From: Trichoplax adhaerens
Lineage: Eukaryota; Animalia; Placozoa
NCBI RefSeq assembly: GCF_000150275.1
Contig: NW_002060970.1
Location: 483,489-547,488 of the forward strand
Direction: 5' to 3'
Length of the DNA: 64,000 nucleotides
Made by a program: the position numbers and the translations under genes. Shown piece by piece: positions 55,922 to 64,000 of this stretch (positions are counted from its first letter, which is position 1; every line of letters begins with the position of its first letter). The notes under the pieces were generated by a model. It searched no databases. It saw nothing but the letters and a program-made list of their open reading frames with translations, and was not told where the DNA came from.

Positions 55922-57101
55922 TTCAGCATAGATAATTTGATTAAGAATTACTTAAAGTAAATACTTTTGGAATATCAATATCATTATGATCATCACCAGA
56001 TCACCAATCAATGAAGATCATCATGTTATCTATCATGATCAATCATTTCACCGATATATTGATATTTACTAGCTATACTTACAGATTAAGCGATCATTCA
56101 TTCATTCATATCTTAAATGCCCATTCTGAGACTAAAAGTTTCTCCTGTCTTATTTCTGGAATAGGTCCTGTATTGAAAATAAAATTTTTACGTTCCTATC
56201 ATATCGAAAGATCATAAATAATGATAGTGTTTATAGTTAGATTTGCAAATCACCACGAGAACATTTGATATCTTGACCGAAAAATCAATTTTATGCCCTT
56301 AATACACTTCGATCTTTCAAAAATAGTATCATTTCCAAAAATGATTAGGATATAGATTAAAATCCCAAGCTTCAAACATATTTATACATTTGCTTTCAAT
56401 GGATTGTTATTAAAGTTGGAATTGAATTAATGGCACTTTTAATATTAATATATGTAAATGTATAACGTTTGTTTTAAACTGTTTGCTTACATCCTAAATT
56501 AGCTCCCACCATTATGGTGTACATTAAAATATCATATATAAATTTTTTAAGTCTATTATTTCAGAATAATTATCCCTGATAGTATCGTGTAGTTTATACT
56601 ATTTACGTTAGAATAATTGTCTCCTTAATTACCTAGTAATTTGTCTGCAAAATTTTAAGTTTAATTAGATTTCTTTATAAGATTTAAAAAATATTTCTAA
56701 GTATCATCGAACACAGATATACAGGATTGTAAATTACTATATAAAATTTTCACATTAAAACAGAATTAAAATGAAGTATTTTCTATAAAACTTTATGCCC
56801 CATTTGAATATAATCCTTTTATGTAACGTACCTGATATCCTCTTAAATGATTTAATTTCATGTAAATTCTCATATAGCTTCATAGTGAAATGCAAATTAG
56901 CCAGAATAATTAGTAGCTATACAATAGCTATTATTACGATATTGACCTTTTAATTAATTATCTAAAAGCTATGAAACCAGATAATTTGAAATATATCTCT
57001 TGACTACTAGTAATTAAAATCTTCATCTCATCCACTAGTACGAAACTAAGGAAAATCTTAAACTTTGCTTATTTTAAATTTTACGAAGTTAAATGCAGAG
57101 C

Positions 57102-57547
57102 TGTCACAAAACAGCTTTGCAACAAGATAACGTAATAGACGATTAATAAGTCAATTCCTTGAACCACGTATCAAGGAACGATATCTGCACTATCACAAAC
57201 ACTTTTGCTCTACTAGCAGACTACACAAAGACTTAGACGCCTCGTATTTTACGTTAAACACTAAGTTTGAGAATCCACTTTATTACACGACATACTACAT
57301 CTATATGAACGTGACCGTATGCAAAATCGGTCATTTTGCATACTATCACGGAACATTTCCACGATAATTTACAATCTATCATAAGTAAATTATAATCACA
57401 ATGATTCGAACTGTAAGTCGATGATTTGCATTCCCTATTATAAGTATTAATTTCAGTATGTATATATGTATCACTGTCATAAAAAGTCAGTGCTATATTA
57501 AAACAGAGTATATCCAAATTAGAAGTTAACTAAATAAGGATAGGCTA
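57102..57547 (-). mobile_element. Family D element, internally deleted and truncated by the duplication breakpoint
   Basis: Aligns with 52981-53185 and 53350-53553. Confidence 0.88.
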
Positions 57548-57634
57548 CCGTCTGTAATGTAGTATATTCAGATTTTACTTAGTTTATGATAAATCTTGCT
57601 TCTATTGTATTAAAATCAGAACATTGTTTAAGAG

Positions 57635-58197
57635 TGTAATTTAACTTAGTATTGTGATTGTAGACTGTTAGCTATGTTTAGTATAATGTACGGTAGCGTA
57701 ACTTCTATACTTATCCTGAGAGATATTTGGTAGCTATAACTATAGACTGTAGTGGTATGGACTCTATGCTAGAGTACAGATCACTATATACAGTAATGTG
57801 TTGAGTTACTAATAAGGCAATAGGTAAAAATTGAACTGTAAATCATATACTAGGATATGGTTAATTCATTATACTTTGGCTTATATGAATAATGTCTACG
57901 TAAATATTGTAGTCGTATCCATATCGGATTAATGATGGTCCGCAGTAGAGTAGTGTTACTAAGAATAGTTTAACTATGTGTAATATAAGGTAAAAGGTTG
58001 TCATGCGGATTGTAGCTGTTAATGCTACGAAAAGTATAATAGCATGCAACTTTAGATTATTCTATTAGTTCGTTCTAAAAGTCTTTAGAAGTAGTATTAG
58101 GTTAGAGTAGAGCTGTGTGTAGTTAATCTTTGTATAAGATTCAATAAAGCCCTTGTTTTTCTAAAAATTTGGAATTTCGCGATCGATATATATCACA
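57635..58197 (+). mobile_element. Family A element (duplicate of 15067)
   Basis: Same ends and TSD AAGAG. Confidence 0.92.
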
Positions 58198-60506
58198 AAG
58201 AGTTTCATTGTCTATTATAGAACTTAAGTCCTCGTTTCCTAGCTAATGCCTTCATATCTTACATTTACTTTGCCAGATTGGAAACCTTAAGTATTTTAAC
58301 ATCTTTCACTAGCTTATATATCTAACTTGAATAAAAAGCAATTTCTGCGGCTAAGTCTTATAATATTAAAAATCTAGCTAAAATATATGAATTAATTAGT
58401 CACAGCTATTGACATCACGACGCTATTTGAACTGAGATAAAATCTAGACCACATTCAAAACCGAAATTAACTTATTTTATAGGAATGTGTTCTGGCCTTT
58501 CCTTAGAAACTGTTGATAGAATAGCCAAACATTTATACTGCATAAAAATAAATAAATAGTGTATTCGTAGTATGTTACTGATATATTTATTGACAAGGTA
58601 ACACTTAGATTAATTTATAAATACGGGTATACGATCTAGATTTAATGATTTATCTTTTTATAATAACAGTATGAGATTTTTATTTGCTCGAGTATTTCTT
58701 GATTACCAAGTCCTACTGTTATTGTTAGTGAAATTGATACTTTGAATATTGTTTTAAGATCTTTAACCCTAAGGATAATCTTCAATCCTGTTATATATTT
58801 ATGCACAAATACATCTAAAGAGTGAATTATACTTCAGATCTCTTTATTTTTAATCTATTCCATAAATATATGTGAAAGAAAAAATTTGGCATCCACACTA
58901 ATACCTGGGATATCATAAATATTAGTGTTTCTATCTTCATACAAACATCAAATGTTACCATATGCTTAATTTTGTTCAAAATGTTAGATATTTAAATGCC
59001 GATTTTTTAGACATTTGTAACGGTCGATAAATTGAACTAATTTACGGCTAAAATCTAAGCAAGTAATTCATAATGATCAGTAAATTAGAGTAGCATTGTT
59101 TACTCCACATTATAGATATGATTTTATTAGTTGCCTATAAATAATTTGCTTAAGATTACAAAAGTAAATTCGCGAAAAATAGAGCTAAAGTGTGCACTAT
59201 GCGGTAAATTTCTGTTTACGTTATTGGCTACTATTAGCACGAGCCTACCGCTACTGCAATTTAAAGTAACTTCATATATGACTCGTGATCTTAAAATTAC
59301 TTTATGAATTTCTGTCATCATTACAAATAAAGTCTCTTTCACATTTCGATACCATTTGATGAGCCAAGATTTCGTTTTGATATTAATAAAGCAACAGCTA
59401 TAAATATCATCTGAATGACTCCAAGATAGACTTCAGTAAATTGCTATTACTTCAAATCCATTACACATTACGTGTTAGTAAGTCTGTGGCGCTTTTCAAA
59501 TATGGATTTCGAAACATTCAGAGGCTAATTCGTGCTGAAAAGACCATGCAGTTAATATTTTTAATATCGGAGTAAAATATTATAGAAGTAAAGCTATTTG
59601 GATTAGACCATCACTTTATAAATAACTCTCCTGCTGTTCTCTAGATTACATTTGTTATGTTATATATTAATTAAATAAGCTATTCTGAAAGATCTATTCT
59701 TTTAGCCGCTTCTATTAGTCACATAGTAGCATGCATGATTTTTCTTTTATGGAATCTTGTATCAATTTGATTAGATTATATCTGTTGTCTACTTTATAAT
59801 CTAGGGCCATTTCTTCTAATAGCATTGAAAAATTTTAATTTTTTATTAATCTTTCATAATTTCTAGCTATTATTACGGACTTTGAATCTCACGATACGTA
59901 ACATAAGTAAATAATGACACTTTTCCTAATCAACTTTGCTAGAACATGATCGGTGTTTAGTAGCATTTATAAACTCTAAAGAAAGGCTGGCATTTCTTAA
60001 TTAATAAACACTTTAATCCTGCATGACGTCAATTGCTGATATTAATTACGTATATATCAAACAATTTCCAAGATATTCTAAATTATGCAGTACTATGTAA
60101 ATCAGGTTATTGAAGCTTTGTTGCTAAAATAATTGCACATAATCAAATTCAAACATTTCTAAACCATCGCTTCTAACCTTTTTTTGGTGGTATATCAAAT
60201 CTTTTCTTGGATAAGCTGCAAGGTATTTATCAACATGATCGTCTAAATATTAATTCGAGTAATTAGTTTCACTCAAATTTATCGATTAAATACTGAAGAT
60301 AGACCTAATTGCGTGACGTAATATTGTTATTGCAAGTGGAAACATTTGTGTTTTATCTCTTATAACGACTTACTTGATCACCATTCTTGATGTTAAAATA
60401 GAATATGACTCATATCTGACATTCTATATGGCTATATCATATTGTCATTGAACATTTCTTAGTTGATGGTCAAATCATTAATTATTTTCTTCAATTAATG
60501 TATCAC

Positions 60507-61101
60507 TGTCGTAGCCAGCCCACGACAGGGAGACCTGGTCCTTTGAAGTTGTATGATAGCTAGGGCTACAACAGCCAAGTATGCCCCAACGGGCTAAGCA
60601 TATACTAGTCTTAGACTTTTAAAATAGTTTTATTGAGTGAAGGTAGCCTTGCCATCCAAGACTACTCTGACCCCACGGTCAACCGACAACTGAACTGCTA
60701 GTGAGAGAGCTGGGCTTTATATACCCTAGCTCGGTTGCACTCGGTGCACAGCTTAGGTAAACAACTCTAAAACATACAGCTTTTGTATAGCCGTTTGCCT
60801 ATATGGTTTAGTATGACAAACGGCGTAAACAACACTAATGAGTTATGAACTAATTGAGAGCCAATTAACAACCAAAGGCTCAGCACAAAGTAACAGAGAT
60901 TACTATGGTGTGAACATTACTTATTACTTCTGTAAACACATTGTTCTGCACAGAGTCTACAACAAGTGTAATTAGACTACTAATAATGTTATAATTACTC
61001 CATAGCTAATAAATAAATGTTATTGCCAATTAATAAAATCTTAATTACTATTTACCAAGGCTAATGCCACAATTAATTGATGGAGTCTATACTCCGTCAC
61101 A
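60507..61101 (-). mobile_element. Solo-LTR-like element, family E (595 bp)
   Basis: TGTCGT...GTCACA; perfect TSD ATCAC; empty site at 17945-17949; minus-strand TATATAAA at about 60720 and AATAAA at about 60632. Confidence 0.95.
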
Positions 61102-63017
61102 ATCACTATCATTCATATCTCTGAAACGTTACTGAAATGATGCAGAGAAATATTATTTGACGATCTTGTCAATTCACATTCCATTTCACGATACAATTAT
61201 CACAAACTCAGCTTTGTGATCGTCTAAACTTCACTACTAGCTACGTTAGGACTCCTATTAATTAAGGAGAAATACCGTGAGTTTGACTAACTACAGACTC
61301 ACAAGTACTATGAGTGGCTAGAAGGTTGTTTAGCTTTATCAGTTTTATTCTAAGAGCACCCGAAAAGTATAGACCTTATCGTACAACAAAGAAATAACAA
61401 CTACGCCGCGATGCACCATCTGTTCGGCCTTATATACGATCGCCATACGTAGGTACTGCAGTACAGAGAAACATGTCTTATATCATTTACTTACATTAGT
61501 ATGAGAAACAAAGACATGAATCGCAAAATGACTCAGCATAGAGTCCAGTTGTAAACAACATTAATTGTATTATTCATAACACCTTAAGCTGAATTAAATA
61601 AACAAGATTGGTGCTAAGTTAAGACTAGCAGTTAACATTGTCATCGTATTCACAATTAATTCAGATTTCCATTAACATTTAATGTAAATATACAATAAAC
61701 AATTTTAGGAGGATTACAAGCTAACCTACAAAATATAACGAGAGCATCGCAACAGCAATTTACCCTATGTTTTTCTTCATTAGTTAATTACATAAAATAT
61801 TACAGTGAGACCTTACAATACGGAAAATTCTCTAGAATACTAATTGCACGAATATTCTTTATACTTCACGTTATCTTAGTATTATAAACTGTCATAGTAA
61901 CAGATTGAAATCCGTCAGTGATTAACAAATAAAAGGCTTTTAATGAGTAAAATAATTTTTAAATGTTGTCCAGCTAGCTACGTATTCTTTGCCTAGTGTC
62001 GACTTTGAAAGGGCATTAAATCTTTCGTAAAACAATTATAAACTAATTAAATGGATCAATATAGACTTATTAGGCAGTAACTATAGCAATTGCGATTCTT
62101 ATTGAATTAAATGGCATATTTCAGTTCATTAAGGTAAACTAATGGATCTCACATAATACATACCTCAGTACTTCGATCTCCCAAAATTTGTGAGGCTGCC
62201 GCATAGTTAGCTGGATATGTAAAGGTGATCAAAGATATTTCAAGAGTTTCCTACCTTTTTCAGGTATATATCAAAACGTAAATTTGGTATCACTTCTAGA
62301 TTTAAGTCTTTCATATCAAAGTTCGCGATATTTGGCAGGTCTAGTGTGAAAGCAAATTCGTAAATGTTTGAATGATAAAGATTACGGCAGTACAGTATAG
62401 ATAAAGCAATAGTTACTTCGCTAAAATGGATAATAACACGAAAATTTGTCTGGACAAATAGCTACAATGCAATAAGACATGATAAGTCAGTTAATTGAAT
62501 TAGTTTAGCTAATTATCCATCGGAAAGTCACATCTCATCGCAAATGCTTTTTTAATCTTTAAGTTGGCCTTGCGTAAAATAATGTGTAAGTTATACATCT
62601 TCATTTTACACTTTGACTTAATTAAAATCATGTTGTCCTTATTTGCAGTGCCATTATAATGCGACACCGTCAAGTATAGAGTTGAGAACTATAACACGTG
62701 ATTTGGATTCGAATGCTAAGTCTTTAAGATTTTTTCCATAAATCTATAAATTATTCAATCACTTTTACTTCATAAATGATTTCTTAATGTGATGTTTGCG
62801 TCAAATTTTCATTTTCAACAGCAATAACAATAGTGCAATAGCATTTGTTATAATCTTGCAAACATGCACAATGATTGAATTACAATTTTAAAGTAAAACT
62901 TCCAATTTTTACAATGCCAATCTGTGACAAATAACTTAATCAATTAATTGATTAAGAAATTATAATGCTAGATTTTTATCGTTATATTGCTTCTGTAAGC
63001 TTTTAGTCTTTATCACC

Positions 63018-63579
63018 TGCGATAAAATCCGATCATGAAAATTCAAATTGGTGGGAAATTAGAGCTTTATTATATCTAATACAAAGATTAGCTACACACA
63101 GCTCTACTGTAGCCGAATACAACTATTGAAGACCTCTAGAAATAAAAATCAGATGTATAATGCCGCTTGCTTTTATACTCTTCGTAGCCTTCGCAGCTAC
63201 AATCAGCATAGCAGCGTTTTACCTAATGTTACACATAATTAAATTATTATTAGTAACTCTATTTACAGAAGCCATCATTAGTGTAATATGCAAATGATTA
63301 CAATATTTGCGAAGACATTATTTCTATTACTCATAGTAGAATGATCTAATCGTATCCTAAGATGTGATTTACAGTTCCATTTTTACCTCTAACCTTATTA
63401 GTGACTCAACATTTTATTGTATCTAGTCATCTGCACTCTACAGTAGCATAGAATCTACCATTACAGTCTGTAAGTATAGGTTACTAAATACATCATAAGA
63501 TAAATATAGAAACGGCACTACCGTAAATCATACTAGACATGGCTAATAATCTATACTCACAATACTAAGTTACTTTACA
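63018..63579 (-). mobile_element. Family A element (duplicate of 20432, without F4)
   Basis: Colinear with 20432-21414 once the 417-bp insert is removed. Confidence 0.88.
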
Positions 63580-63678
63580 TTACTACCATATAAGAAATTA
63601 AACTAGTTAGATTTCATTATGCATTCCTTACATTACAAGCATATTATATTTGAAAATACCCTACTTCATTTTAATGTT

Positions 63679-63727
63679 ATGCACGATGGAAGGGGACATT
63701 TATTAAATGTCCCCTTCCATCGTGCAT
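63679..63727. repeat. Perfect palindrome with 24-bp arms and a 1-nt centre
   Basis: ATGCACGATGGAAGGGGACATTTA-T-TAAATGTCCCCTTCCATCGTGCAT. Confidence 0.97.
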
Positions 63728-64000
63728 TTCTTATAATTTACCCTTCTGAGATAAGGACGAAACTAAGGACAGTTTCGTTTACCTTTCAACAACCTATAGA
63801 TTAATTTATTGACTATAGTAAAATGAGAAGCATTCATACAACAACATTTTATGTTTTAATGTAACTATATCATATTATACAGATTTTGTCTTAAGACTAA
63901 CGTGGAAAACGTTAAAGAATATGCTATTCAGATAAGTTGTTTCAATATTATATTGAAACCATTCCTTGCAAATTAGTCAAATTTCATAAGCACTTACCAT

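Larger units (their letters stand above)
57544..64000 (+). repeat. Segmental duplication copy 2 (continues past the window end)
   Basis: Near-identical to 14976-21831. Confidence 0.95.

Noticed and set aside
55975-56110. ATC/ATCATT-rich tract and ORF at 56011
   Set aside because: Low-complexity 3' flank of the GPCR.

Overview
AT-rich eukaryotic genomic DNA with draft-assembly gaps at 4352-5027, 10242-10291, 25676-25725 and 37720-37769. By inference it comes from an early-branching animal, and the style fits the placozoan Trichoplax. The window holds a tandem array of intronless rhodopsin-family (class A) GPCR genes, all on the + strand: 5 intact ORFs and 6 pseudogenes or fragments, produced by local segmental duplication. 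The intergenic DNA is dense with about 13 different families of short non-coding TGT...ACA elements (0.3-1.4 kb). Most have 5-bp target-site duplications (TSDs), and most show an oriented TATA then AATAAA layout, so they look like solo LTRs. Families with unrelated sequences share terminal hairpins. No internal gag/pol or primer-binding site (PBS) is visible for any of them. A young duplication of at least 6.4 kb (14976-21831 vs 57544-64000) gives filled and empty sites for three elements. An 86-bp terminal piece of one family is inserted alone with its own perfect TSD. Also present are a dead Tc1 transposase, a Helitron Rep fragment split by an element, and a perfect 49-bp palindrome. Family names are my own labels; all coordinates and similarities were judged by eye.
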